Part shown: positions 16,493 to 25,005 of the stretch, in pieces
Position numbering within the stretch: position 1 is the first letter of the stretch
Layout: each line of letters begins with the position of its first letter
Assembly: GCA_030141605.1 (NCBI GenBank)
Contig: JAQGDQ010002472.1
Span: 1 to 25,005, forward strand
From: Tubiluchus corallicola
Taxonomy: Eukaryota > Animalia > Priapulida
DNA length: 25,005 nt
Direction of reading: 5' to 3'
The notes under the pieces: model-generated
Database searches by the model: none
The model's input: the letters and a program-made list of their open reading frames with translations, nothing else
Told to the model about the DNA's origin: nothing
Made by a program: the position numbers and the translations under genes

Positions 16493-17410
16493 ATGAAAGG
16501 GATAGTAATTGCTGGTCCTACAGGTGTAGGAAAAACAAATATATCAATTAAAATGGCAAAGGCCATTAATGGGGAAATTATATCAGCAGATTCTGCTCAA
16601 GTATATAAAGGCCTAAATATTGGAACTGCAAAAATATCAAGAGATGAAATGAAAAATATAAAACATTATATGTTAGATATTATTAACCCTGGAGATGACT
16701 TCAATGTAGGAGAATATCAAAATAAAGTAGATAAGGTATTAAATAGTTTAAGAAATAATGCTGTACCTATTATAGTTGGTGGAACAGGGCTTTATATTGA
16801 TTCTGTTGTAAGGGGTTTGTCAAACTTACCTTCTAAAAATACTTACTACAGAGAAATGTTAGAAAAAAAAGATAAAAAAGAACTATATCAGGAATTACAA
16901 AGAGTAGATGAAGTAGCTGCTAAAAATATTGATAAAAATAATATTTCAAGGATCATAAGAGCTTTAGAAGTTTTTTATTTAACAGGTGAAAAATTTTCAA
17001 AATTATCTAAAAAAAATATAAAGAATAATTTTTATAAATTTTCAAAATTTTTACTCATAAGGCCTAAAGACTCCTTATACTCAAGAATAAATCTAAGAAT
17101 AGACATGATGTTTGAAAATGGCTTATTAGAAGAAGCTAAAAAAATATATGAAGAATATAATAGCTTAAAAAATAAAATAAAAATTATTGGATATCAAGAA
17201 TTATTTTTTTACTTTGATGGAGAGATAACTTTTGAAGAAGCTAAAAATTTAATAAAAAAAAATTCAAGAAGGTACGCAAAAAGACAACTCACTTGGTTTA
17301 AACAAAAAAAAGACTATATAACCTTTAATTTAGACGAAGTAAAAGAAAAAGAGATTATCACAAATATATTGTTAAAATGCAAAAATGATTATCTTGAAAA
17401 TTTAAAATAG
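16493..17410 (+). CDS. miaA: tRNA dimethylallyltransferase
   Basis: GPTGVGKT, ISADSAQVY, IGTAK, VGGTGLY, IGYQE, RRYAKRQLTWF. Confidence 0.98.
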   Translation: MKGIVIAGPTGVGKTNISIKMAKAINGEIISADSAQVYKGLNIGTAKISRDEMKNIKHYMLDIINPGDDFNVGEYQNKVDKVLNSLRNNAVPIIVGGTGLYIDSVVRGLSNLPSKNTYYREMLEKKDKKELYQELQRVDEVAAKNIDKNNISRIIRALEVFYLTGEKFSKLSKKNIKNNFYKFSKFLLIRPKDSLYSRINLRIDMMFENGLLEEAKKIYEEYNSLKNKIKIIGYQELFFYFDGEITFEEAKNLIKKNSRRYAKRQLTWFKQKKDYITFNLDEVKEKEIITNILLKCKNDYLENLK

Positions 17411-17422
17411 ATATGTTAACAT
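17394..17422 (+). promoter_or_regulatory. Putative internal promoter for the lipoprotein-rny genes
   Basis: TTGAAA (17394-17399), 17-bp spacer, TAACAT (17417-17422) with extended TG at 17414-17415. Confidence 0.45.
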
Positions 17423-17447
17423 GTAATTTTAAGAAGGTGTAGTTATT

Positions 17448-17972
17448 TTGAAAAAAATATTGATATTATTAGTATTGAGTAAAATTTTTATTTCATGTAT
17501 TAGCGTTGAAAGTAACAATATATTTTTGTCAGAAAATGATAAGAATATAATTAATTTATATATAAAAAAATGGGAACTAAAAGAATTAGAGCAACATTTA
17601 AAAAACTTAGAGAAAAGTGGAATTACTAAAGAGCAATTAGAGACTTACTATAACCAAAAACATGTGCTAGAAATAAAAAAAATGTTATTCAATGAATTTA
17701 ATAAAGAACTTTCAACTGCGTTAAAGAAAAATGATATAGATTTTATTGAAAAAAATACAATGAAAAATTTAGTAAATGACATAAAATTAGATGAATTAAA
17801 AAAAATAGATTTTAGTTATTTTGACATTTATACATCAGAAGGAAAGTTCTATGAAGATACAGCTAAAAATTATATGCTTTTAAATTATTTAGATGAGACA
17901 CTATATTTTTCCTTAAAATTTATATATTCAAAAAGCAGTTGGAAACTAGCAAGCTTTAGCAATGAAGAATAA
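17448..17972 (+). CDS. Hypothetical lipoprotein
   Basis: 174 aa, TTG start after AAGGTG; MKK, hydrophobic stretch, FISC lipobox. No family recognised. Confidence 0.75.
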   Translation: MKKILILLVLSKIFISCISVESNNIFLSENDKNIINLYIKKWELKELEQHLKNLEKSGITKEQLETYYNQKHVLEIKKMLFNEFNKELSTALKKNDIDFIEKNTMKNLVNDIKLDELKKIDFSYFDIYTSEGKFYEDTAKNYMLLNYLDETLYFSLKFIYSKSSWKLASFSNEE

Positions 17973-18095
17973 GTAGAGTTTAGATTACGAAAGTAATACT
18001 CTGGTACTTTGTTTTATTATTTATTTTTCATAGCTTAAAAATGTGGTATTTCTATATTTTAGAATACTTAAAAAAATGATAAGGAGAGATTAAGG

Positions 18096-19667
18096 ATGGC
18101 TTTACCAGTGATAATTATTGTGTCAGCTTTGATTATAGGTTTTTCTGTTATAGGGGGATTGATATATAAAAAATCAACTATAGATAAACGTATTCTTGAG
18201 CTTAGCTCCATTGAAAACCAAATTGAAATTGCCAAATCAGAAGCAAAAAATATTGTTTCTAAAGCTAAAAAAGATGCTTTAGCAGAACGTAAAGAACAAG
18301 AACTAAAAGGGAAAGAAATTGCTTATAAATTGAAAGAAGAAGCAGAAAAAGAAATAAAAGAACAAAAAAGTGAGATTACAGCAAAGGAAGAAAGGCTAAA
18401 TAAAAGGGAAGAAAACCTTGATACAAAATTTGATAAGCTGGAAGAAAAAGGAAATGAATTAGAAAATAAAGAGAAAGAAGTAGAGAAAAAGAAACAAGAA
18501 ATTGAAGATATAAAACAAAAACAAGAAGAAGAGCTCATTAGAATAGCCAGAATGAACAAGGAGGAAGCAAAAGAGAGGCTATTAAATAGCTTAAAAGATA
18601 GCTTAACAAATGAAAGTGCAACTTTAATAAGGGAATTTAAAGTAAAGTTAGAAGAAGAAAAAGAAAGAAGATCTAAAAGAATACTTTCTACAGCTATAGG
18701 GAAATCAGCAGCGGACTATGTAGTGGATACAACAGTATCTGTGGTTCAGTTACCTAGTGATGATATGAAAGGACGAATAATAGGTAGAGAAGGAAGAAAT
18801 ATAAGAACTATCGAAGCGTTAACAGGTGTAGACATAATAATTGATGATACTCCAGAAGCAGTAGTTTTATCTAGCTTTGATGGTGTTAGAAGAGCAATTG
18901 CTAAAAATGCAATTGAAAAATTAGTTTTAGATGGAAGAATACATCCTGCTAAAATTGAAGAAATAGTAAATAAAGCTAAAAAAGAAGTAAATGAAGAAAT
19001 AATAGAAGCAGGAGAGCAAGCTTTATTTGAAGTTGGAATTCCAAATATACACCAAGAAATTGTAAAAATATTAGGTGCTCTTAAATTTAGATCAAGTTTT
19101 GGTCAAAATGTATTAACGCATTCTATTGAAGTTGCTCATGCTGCAGGGACTATGGCTGCAGAGATAAAAGGGAATGTAAAACTTGCTAAAAGAGCAGGCC
19201 TTTTACATGATGTTGGAAAAGTACTAGATAATGATGGTGATGGATCTCATGCTATAATAGGTGCTGAATTCTTAAAAAAATATGGAGAACAGCCAGAAGT
19301 TTTAAATGCAGTTGCAGCTCACCATGGTGAAGTGGAATATAAGACAGTTGAAGCAATATTAGTGCAAGCAGCAGATGCTGTATCAGCTTCTAGACCAGGA
19401 GCAAGAAGAGAAACTCTTTCTACTTATTTAAAAAGGCTTGAAGAATTAGAGGGGATTGCAAACTCATTTGAAGGAGTAGAAAATTCTTATGCAATCCAAG
19501 CAGGAAGGGAAGTAAGACTTATTATAAACCCTGAAATAGTAGATGATAATAAAGCGTTAATTATGTCAAGAGATGTTGCTAAAAAAATAGAAGAAACTAT
19601 GCAATACCCTGGTCAGATAAAAGTTACTGTAGTAAGAGAAACTAGAGCGGTTGATTATGCAAAATAA
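18096..19667 (+). CDS. rny: Ribonuclease Y
   Basis: N-terminal TM anchor, long coiled coil, KH motif [15 protein letters not shown] motif [31 protein letters not shown]. Confidence 0.98.
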   Translation: MALPVIIIVSALIIGFSVIGGLIYKKSTIDKRILELSSIENQIEIAKSEAKNIVSKAKKDALAERKEQELKGKEIAYKLKEEAEKEIKEQKSEITAKEERLNKREENLDTKFDKLEEKGNELENKEKEVEKKKQEIEDIKQKQEEELIRIARMNKEEAKERLLNSLKDSLTNESATLIREFKVKLEEEKERRSKRILSTAIGKSAADYVVDTTVSVVQLPSDDMKGRIIGREGRNIRTIEALTGVDIIIDDTPEAVVLSSFDGVRRAIAKNAIEKLVLDGRIHPAKIEEIVNKAKKEVNEEIIEAGEQALFEVGIPNIHQEIVKILGALKFRSSFGQNVLTHSIEVAHAAGTMAAEIKGNVKLAKRAGLLHDVGKVLDNDGDGSHAIIGAEFLKKYGEQPEVLNAVAAHHGEVEYKTVEAILVQAADAVSASRPGARRETLSTYLKRLEELEGIANSFEGVENSYAIQAGREVRLIINPEIVDDNKALIMSRDVAKKIEETMQYPGQIKVTVVRETRAVDYAK

Positions 19668-19683
19668 AGTATGAAAATAGATT

Positions 19684-19719
19684 AAAAGGCATAGATAAAA
19701 AGTGATCTATGCCTTTTTT
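19684..19719 (+). terminator. Intrinsic terminator after rny
   Basis: AAAAGGCATAGAT, 8-nt loop, ATCTATGCCTTTT, ending in a T6 run. Confidence 0.85.
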
Positions 19720-19731
19720 GTAGGAGTATAT

Positions 19732-20139
19732 ATGGAATACAGTGGAAAAATAGTAAAAAAAAATGGAAATAAATATAGTATTCACCTGTATAAAGATGCA
19801 TCATGCCATGGGTGCTCGAAGTGCAGTGAAAAAGATAAGATGAAAAATTACTTTAAATTTGAATCAAATGATGATTATGAAATTGGTGAAATAGTTGAAA
19901 TAATAGTTAATGACAAAGCGTTAAACAAAATAGCGTTAAAATCTTATATATTTCCAAGTATATCTTTAATAGTAGGATATTTTGTAGGAGAGAAAATATT
20001 TCAATCAGAAAAATGGGGTATAACTTTAAGTTTTATATTTCTTGGACTATCTTTTTTAATACTTTGTTTTATTGATACTAAAAAGAAAAACTCCATAGAA
20101 AAAAATGTACTTATAAGAAAGCATAATAGAAGAATTTAA
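19732..20139 (+). CDS. RseC/MucC (SoxR-reducing system) family membrane protein; start revised to ATG 19732
   Basis: G.IV at the N-terminus, CHGCSKC (CxxCxxC), YEIGEIVEI, SYIFP followed by two TM helices. AGGAG SD at 19722-19726. Confidence 0.85.
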   Translation: MEYSGKIVKKNGNKYSIHLYKDASCHGCSKCSEKDKMKNYFKFESNDDYEIGEIVEIIVNDKALNKIALKSYIFPSISLIVGYFVGEKIFQSEKWGITLSFIFLGLSFLILCFIDTKKKNSIEKNVLIRKHNRRI

Positions 20140-20140
20140 G

Positions 20141-20759
20141 GTAAAAAAAATAGTACTCAATAGTGAAGGTATATTTTTAAAAACTCCTGGAGAGCTAACT
20201 GGCCATAAAATAAAAATCATTAGGACAAAATCAGCCTACAAGTTTTTTTCCTGAAATGATTATTGTAAACAAAAAAATAAATTGTGAAAAAAATTATTGG
20301 AAATAAACTTATTCAAGAGATTTTAAATACTAATAAGAACTTATTTATAAAGGAATCAAAAAAGGGTAACTATGTTAAAAGTTTTTTCTATCCTTTTGCA
20401 AGTATAAAGTCAATAGGAGTATCTCCTACTATTTATTTTGATGTAAATTTAATTCTTAAGATTTTAACAGAAAATAAAAATGGAAAATTCAAAGTAATAG
20501 TAGATCATTAAAAATAGGCTTAGCTCATGAACTTATACATGCGCTACATTTGAAAGATTTATATCACTAATTTTACTTTACATTTGAGAATGAAAGAAAT
20601 AAAGTGATTATTTTGAAAGAGAGTTTAGAAGAAATGGCAATTATAGGTTTGCTAAATAAAAATAAGACAGTTATTGCTGCAAACAACATAAGAAGGAAGC
20701 ATAATATATCACTTAGAGGAGCATATAGTGATAGAGAAAACTATGTCATCATTAAATGA
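20141..20759 (+). pseudogene. Decayed HExxH zinc metallopeptidase gene, M91/NleD-like polymorphic-toxin-type domain
   Basis: Frame 1, 20284-20508: ..GNKLIQEILNTNK..GN..IGVSPTIYFD..ILTE..G. Frame 3 from about 20500: RSLKIGLAHELIHALHLKDLYH, in-frame TAA at 20568-20570, then FYFTFENERNKVIILKESLEEMAIIGL..AANNIRRKHNISLRGAY.. ending at TGA 20757-20759. The 5' limit is uncertain (frame-2 piece 20141-20254). Confidence 0.75.
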
Positions 20760-20833
20760 ATAAAAAAGATTTAAAAACTGTCTAAGTCTAAATAAGTTAA
20801 AAAAATTAATTTTTATGTAAATGTTAGTTAATT

Positions 20834-20875
20834 TATAAAAAAACTATCAACGGTAACTTTGATAGTTTTTTTATA
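20834..20875. terminator. Bidirectional intrinsic terminator between the two convergent gene blocks
   Basis: Perfect 17-bp inverted repeat TATAAAAAAACTATCAA, loop CGGTAACT, TTGATAGTTTTTTTATA, giving a T7 tract on both strands. Confidence 0.88.
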
Positions 20876-21020
20876 GAGCATTTTATTAGAATAATTTTCT
20901 ACAAATCATATAATAGTAAGGTGACTTTGTAAAAGATAGCTATAGGTTATAGAGATAATGATAGTTTTCAAATGCTTTTTATCAGCTACATAAATACAAT
21001 AAAATTTAATATGGTATTTT

Positions 21021-21938
21021 TTATAAATTTAATAAAAATATCTTTAAAGCTAACTCTGAATTTACAAAGCTTCTTAGGCTATTTTTTATTTCTAACAATT
21101 TTTCAATATTTTCAATATTTCTGTTTCGAGCTAAAAAAATACACATTAATTCTTCTATAAAGCCTCTATTATTACTAGCTTTTAATATGTGATGACAAAA
21201 CTCTATAATATCTTTTTTTTCTATATTATTATAACTTTCTAGAAATTGATCTATTTTTTTATAAAGTTTTATTTTATTTTCAATATCCCTTTTTTCTAGG
21301 TAACTAATTATAATTTCATTTATAGATACATTATTTAATTCTTTATAGTCTGTTATATCTATATTGCAGCTCATGTATCTTTTTATATCATCAGTTATTC
21401 CTAGAAAGAAATCATACTCAGCACAACTTATACCAAATTCAGAAAAAGTAGGACTTTTTATATGTATTAAAAGAGATCTTGAAACAATAGTAGGTAAAAT
21501 ATTTAGATTATTTGCTGTTAAAAATAAAAAGCAGTTATCAGCAGGTTCTTCTATAATTTTTAACATTGCATTTGCACTTTCTTTTCTAAGTTTATCAATA
21601 TTTTTTATAATAAAAATCTTCTTTGTCCCAGAATAATTTCCTTTTGAAGAGTCTAAAATCATTTTTCTAATTTGATCTATTTTTATGTTGTTTTCATTTT
21701 CAATAATATAGAGATCAGGATAATTATAAGAATTTATACTTAAACAATCTTTGCAAGTATCGCAAAAATCATAGTCAATAACTTTACATATTAATCCTTT
21801 TGTATGAGCAATTACAAACTCCATAATATTAGATTCTTTTTTTCCATAGTATAAATATGTTCCTGATATTTTATTTTTTTTAACTTCTCTAATTATAAAA
21901 TTTTTAGCATCTTCGTTTGAAAATATATCTGAAAACAT
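21021..21938 (-). CDS. holB: DNA polymerase III delta-prime subunit
   Basis: TYLYYG with degenerate Walker A, zinc cluster C..CDTCKDC, YPDL, IKIDQIR, SANAMLKIIEEP, ILPTIVSR. 1-nt TAATG overlap with mreB. Confidence 0.88.
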   Translation of the reverse strand: MFSDIFSNEDAKNFIIREVKKNKISGTYLYYGKKESNIMEFVIAHTKGLICKVIDYDFCDTCKDCLSINSYNYPDLYIIENENNIKIDQIRKMILDSSKGNYSGTKKIFIIKNIDKLRKESANAMLKIIEEPADNCFLFLTANNLNILPTIVSRSLLIHIKSPTFSEFGISCAEYDFFLGITDDIKRYMSCNIDITDYKELNNVSINEIIISYLEKRDIENKIKLYKKIDQFLESYNNIEKKDIIEFCHHILKASNNRGFIEELMCIFLARNRNIENIEKLLEIKNSLRSFVNSELALKIFLLNL

Positions 21939-22951
21939 TATTTTTCTCTTTTCTTAATATTTTTTAAAACAGAAATCATATCTAAGGCTTTTCCTGCCCC
22001 TAAAACAACGCTTTCTAAAGGGTATTCTGATAACATTACTGGAATGTGGAGGTGCCTTTCCATAAGAGTTGTAAAGTTTTTTATAAGAGATCCTCCCCCT
22101 GTCATAACAATACCCTTATCTAGCATGTCTGCTGCAAGTTCAGGAGGTGTTTGTTCTAAAACGTCTTTTACACTTTTTACTATAATCATTAAAGTATCTT
22201 TTATAGCTTCATGTATTTCATCAGATGTCATGCTAACTGGCTTTGGTAGTCCTGTTATTAAGTCTCTTCCTTTTACAGTTATACTTTGAGGTTCTCCTTC
22301 TTTAGGTATTGCTGTTCCAATTTCTATTTTGATTTGTTCAGCAGTTTTTTCTCCTATTAATAGATTGTATTTTCTTTTAATATATTTTATTATATCATCA
22401 TCAAATTTATTTCCAGCAACTCTAAGAGATTGGCTAACAACAGTTCCTCCAAGTGATATAACAGCAATATCTGTTGATCCACCTCCAATATCTATAATCA
22501 TAGATCCTGATGGAGCAGCAATGTCTATTCCTGACCCTATAGCTGCCGCTCTAGCCTCTTCGATTAAGTATGCTTTTTTTGCACCTGCATGTATAGCAGC
22601 CTCTAAAACAGCCCTTTCTTCAACTCCTGTTACTTGTATTGGTACACAAATCATAACTTCAGGGGAGTTAAATCTTCCGCAAACTTTTTGAATAAAATAC
22701 TTTAGCATTGCCTCTGTTATGTCATAATCTGCAATAACGCCATCTTTTAGGGGTCTAATAGCTACTATATAATCTGGGGTTTTTCCAACCATCTCTCTAG
22801 CCTCTTCCCCAACGCTGACCACTTTTCTACTATTTTTTTCAATTGCAACAACTGATGGCTCATTTAATACTATTTTTTCTTTTTGTTTATTATAAACAAG
22901 AGTGTTTGCTGTCCCTAAATCAATACCTATTCTACTTTTAAAAAAACTCAT
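21938..22951 (-). CDS. mreB: Rod shape-determining actin homolog MreB/Mbl
   Basis: IGIDLGTANTL, NEPSVVA, RPLKDGVIAD, DIGGGSTD, PPELAAD, MTGGGS. Confidence 0.97.
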   Translation of the reverse strand: MSFFKSRIGIDLGTANTLVYNKQKEKIVLNEPSVVAIEKNSRKVVSVGEEAREMVGKTPDYIVAIRPLKDGVIADYDITEAMLKYFIQKVCGRFNSPEVMICVPIQVTGVEERAVLEAAIHAGAKKAYLIEEARAAAIGSGIDIAAPSGSMIIDIGGGSTDIAVISLGGTVVSQSLRVAGNKFDDDIIKYIKRKYNLLIGEKTAEQIKIEIGTAIPKEGEPQSITVKGRDLITGLPKPVSMTSDEIHEAIKDTLMIIVKSVKDVLEQTPPELAADMLDKGIVMTGGGSLIKNFTTLMERHLHIPVMLSEYPLESVVLGAGKALDMISVLKNIKKREK

Positions 22952-23002
22952 AATAAATATCTCCTTTATTTATTGTATTCTATTTATTTACTACAAAGTT
23001 AC

Positions 23003-23371
23003 TTAAGATATATAGTTATTAATAATACTTTTTATTTTATAATTTTCACCCTTTAGATAGTATACTGCTATAAGAGCCTCAAAGGCAGTCGAATTTCTAT
23101 ACTCTTCTTTAGAGCAATTTTTAGAAAAAGTTTTTATATTGCTATTTCTAGCTCTAAAGGCAGTTTCTCTATAAATGTCTGTTAGCTCTTTTTGTAGTTG
23201 CAAAAATAAATTATGCTGATACTTGCAATTTACATACTTCTTTGCTCTTTCATTTAGCTCTTTAACAGGATATCCCTTTAAAATAAAGAATTCTCTTATA
23301 TGCAAATCCCATACTGTATCTCCTAAAAATGCCAAAGATAGCCCATTTAATTCTTTTATTTTATAGTCCAC
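23003..23371 (-). CDS. mrnC: Mini-ribonuclease III
   Basis: LAFLGD..W and STAFEALI RNase III motifs, no dsRBD. GTG start overlaps the cysS end, the established cysS-mrnC pairing. Confidence 0.92.
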   Translation of the reverse strand: MDYKIKELNGLSLAFLGDTVWDLHIREFFILKGYPVKELNERAKKYVNCKYQHNLFLQLQKELTDIYRETAFRARNSNIKTFSKNCSKEEYRNSTAFEALIAVYYLKGENYKIKSIINNYIS

Positions 23372-24804
23372 TCACTTTTGTCCTTTCCATCTTTTATTTC
23401 TATTCCTAAATTATTTAGCTCATCTCTTATTTTGTCACTTAAACTCCAATTTTTATTGATTCTAGCTTCTTTTCTAATTTCTAATAAAAATTCTATTAAT
23501 TTATCTGATAGTTCATCATTAACACTTTGATTTACTTCTAATTCAATTCCAAAAATATTAGAAAAAACATCTTCAATAAATTTTTTACTATTTATTAACG
23601 TTTCTATGCTAATAATGTCTATTTTAACATTATCCATAAATTTATTTAATTCTTTTATTAATTCAAAGATACTGCCTGTAGACTGTGAAGTATTAAAATC
23701 ACTGTCCATTCCTTCAAAAAATTTATTTTTTAGACTAGATAAAGTAAATTTTAAGGCGTCATTTTTTTCTTTATTAGATAAATCAGTGTAAGTTTTTTCA
23801 AAGTCATTTTCTTCAATTATTTTATTTATTCTATCTACTGTTGAAATTATTTTTAATAAAGCTTTTTTAGAGGCCTCTAAAGATTCCTTTGAAAAATCTA
23901 TAATTTTTCTATAGTGAGAAGAAAGCATGTAGTACTTTATTATATTTCCTTCATAAAGCTTTAAAATATCTTTTAATAAAAAAAAGTTATTTTTTGATTT
24001 AGACATTTTTTCGCCTTTTACGTTTACATAGGCATTATGCATCCAATATTTAGCAAAAGGTTTTCCAGTTGCACACTTTGACTGAGCTAGCTCATTTTCA
24101 TGGTGTGGAAATATAAGGTCTTGACCACCACCATGTATGTCAAAATTAGAATTTAAAATACGATTAGTCATAGCAGAGCACTCAAGATGCCATCCAGGCC
24201 TACCTTTTCCCCAAGGTGACTCCCAAAATGGTTCGTCTTTTTTAGAGTTTTTCCATAAAGAAAAATCTAAAAAGTTTTTCTTTTTAGTATTTGCTTCAAC
24301 TCTTGCTCCTGAAATAAGGTTTTCTATCTTTTGTTTTGAGAGCTCTCCATATGAATTGTATTTTAAAACATCAAAAAAAACATCACCAGAAACGTTATAA
24401 GCATAACCTTTTTTTTCTAATACTTTTATCATTTCAATCATATCGTTTATATGATCAGTTGCTTTTGGTCTTATAGTATTATTATTATCAACGTTTAGGT
24501 GCTTTAGATCATTCATATATTTTTCAATATATAGTGATGAAATTTCTTCATAATTTTTATTTTCACTATTAGCTTTTTCTATTATTTTATCATCAATATC
24601 AGTAAAATTTTGAACCATTTTTACTTTATACCCTTTATAGGAAAGGTATCTTTTAACTACATCAAAGAATATAATAGGTCTAGCATTACCAATATGTATG
24701 TAGTTATATACTGTAGGTCCACATACATACATTGTAACTTCCTCTTTGTTTATTGGAACAAAGTTTTCTAGCTTTCCAGATAAAGTATTGTATATTCTTA
24801 ACAT
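23356..24804 (-). CDS. cysS: Cysteine--tRNA ligase
   Basis: MYVCGPTVY, HIGN, GRPGWHLECSAM, DIHGGGQDLIFPHHENE, KMSKS; SD AAGGAG. Confidence 0.99.
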   Translation of the reverse strand: MLRIYNTLSGKLENFVPINKEEVTMYVCGPTVYNYIHIGNARPIIFFDVVKRYLSYKGYKVKMVQNFTDIDDKIIEKANSENKNYEEISSLYIEKYMNDLKHLNVDNNNTIRPKATDHINDMIEMIKVLEKKGYAYNVSGDVFFDVLKYNSYGELSKQKIENLISGARVEANTKKKNFLDFSLWKNSKKDEPFWESPWGKGRPGWHLECSAMTNRILNSNFDIHGGGQDLIFPHHENELAQSKCATGKPFAKYWMHNAYVNVKGEKMSKSKNNFFLLKDILKLYEGNIIKYYMLSSHYRKIIDFSKESLEASKKALLKIISTVDRINKIIEENDFEKTYTDLSNKEKNDALKFTLSSLKNKFFEGMDSDFNTSQSTGSIFELIKELNKFMDNVKIDIISIETLINSKKFIEDVFSNIFGIELEVNQSVNDELSDKLIEFLLEIRKEARINKNWSLSDKIRDELNNLGIEIKDGKDKSEWTIK

Positions 24805-24828
24805 TTGTTTTCACTCCTTAACTAAGTG

Positions 24829-25005
24829 TTAATAGTTATCAAAAGAATTAGGGGCTTTTATAATTTGCTTTATAAACATTACTAAAGAGCTATCTTTAAC
24901 ATGAGTATTAATTCTAACTTTGTTATTATCTACACTTCCTTTTACATCTATATAAATATCCTTGTTTAAATCTAAATTAACAAAGTCATTAACTTTTAAG
25001 TTTCC
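24829..25005 (-). CDS. C-terminal end of an unidentified protein (runs off the right edge)
   Basis: Open frame of 58 codons, GNLKVNDFVNLDLNKDIYIDVKGSVDNNKVRINTHVKDSSLVMFIKQIIKAPNSFDNY, ending at TAA 24829-24831, 24 nt before the cysS start. Confidence 0.65.
   Translation of the reverse strand, partial: GNLKVNDFVNLDLNKDIYIDVKGSVDNNKVRINTHVKDSSLVMFIKQIIKAPNSFDNY

Noticed and set aside
18230-18680. GAA/AAA-rich repetitive stretch
   Set aside because: It encodes the normal E/K-rich coiled coil of RNase Y.
19702-19731. GTG start for rseC at 19702
   Set aside because: It lies inside the terminator hairpin; ATG 19732 has a proper SD.
20284-20511. 75-aa ORF as an independent small protein
   Set aside because: No SD before the GTG, and similarity continues in another frame into the HELIH motif, so it is treated as a pseudogene fragment.
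20568-20570. Stop-codon recoding or alternative genetic code to rescue the peptidase
   Set aside because: TAA terminates most genes in the window, and the locus also needs frameshifts, so decay or sequencing error is the simpler explanation.
3820-24400. Short antisense ORFs at 3820, 6476, 14684, 15288, 18323, 20972, 21364, 22044, 22329, 23606 and 24137
   Set aside because: Each lies opposite a well-supported gene and shows the composition expected from reverse-complemented codons.
24805-24828. T-box leader for cysS
   Set aside because: Only 24 nt separate cysS from the upstream open frame.

Overview
Strongly AT-rich bacterial chromosomal DNA. Gene content and order (cysS-mrnC-mreB-holB; miaA-lipoprotein-rny) suggest a Fusobacteriota-like anaerobe, which is an inference. 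Left to right: (1) a hexuronate module with TRAP dctP-dctQ-dctM (cut by the left edge), a divergent GntR/FCD regulator and uxaC; (2) a minus-strand operon of an MhqR-like MarR regulator, three tandem paralogous family-5 lipoprotein solute-binding proteins (SBPs) and one dppBCDF-type ABC core; (3) deoC-deoB-deoD-cdd, then miaA, a lipoprotein, rny and an RseC-family gene; (4) an approximately 600-bp decayed reading frame largely missed by the ORF track, carrying an HExxH zinc-metallopeptidase signature of M91/NleD-like type, followed by a 17-bp-stem terminator; (5) a convergent housekeeping operon (partial ORF)-cysS-mrnC-mreB-holB. No rRNA, tRNA, CRISPR, transposase or phage genes were seen. I cannot demonstrate a wholly new system. 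The best leads are the hidden metallopeptidase relic, the leaderless and probably autoregulated MarR heading a triple-receptor ABC importer with mosaic paralogs, and a helically phased candidate operator array shared by the dctP and uxaC upstream regions.
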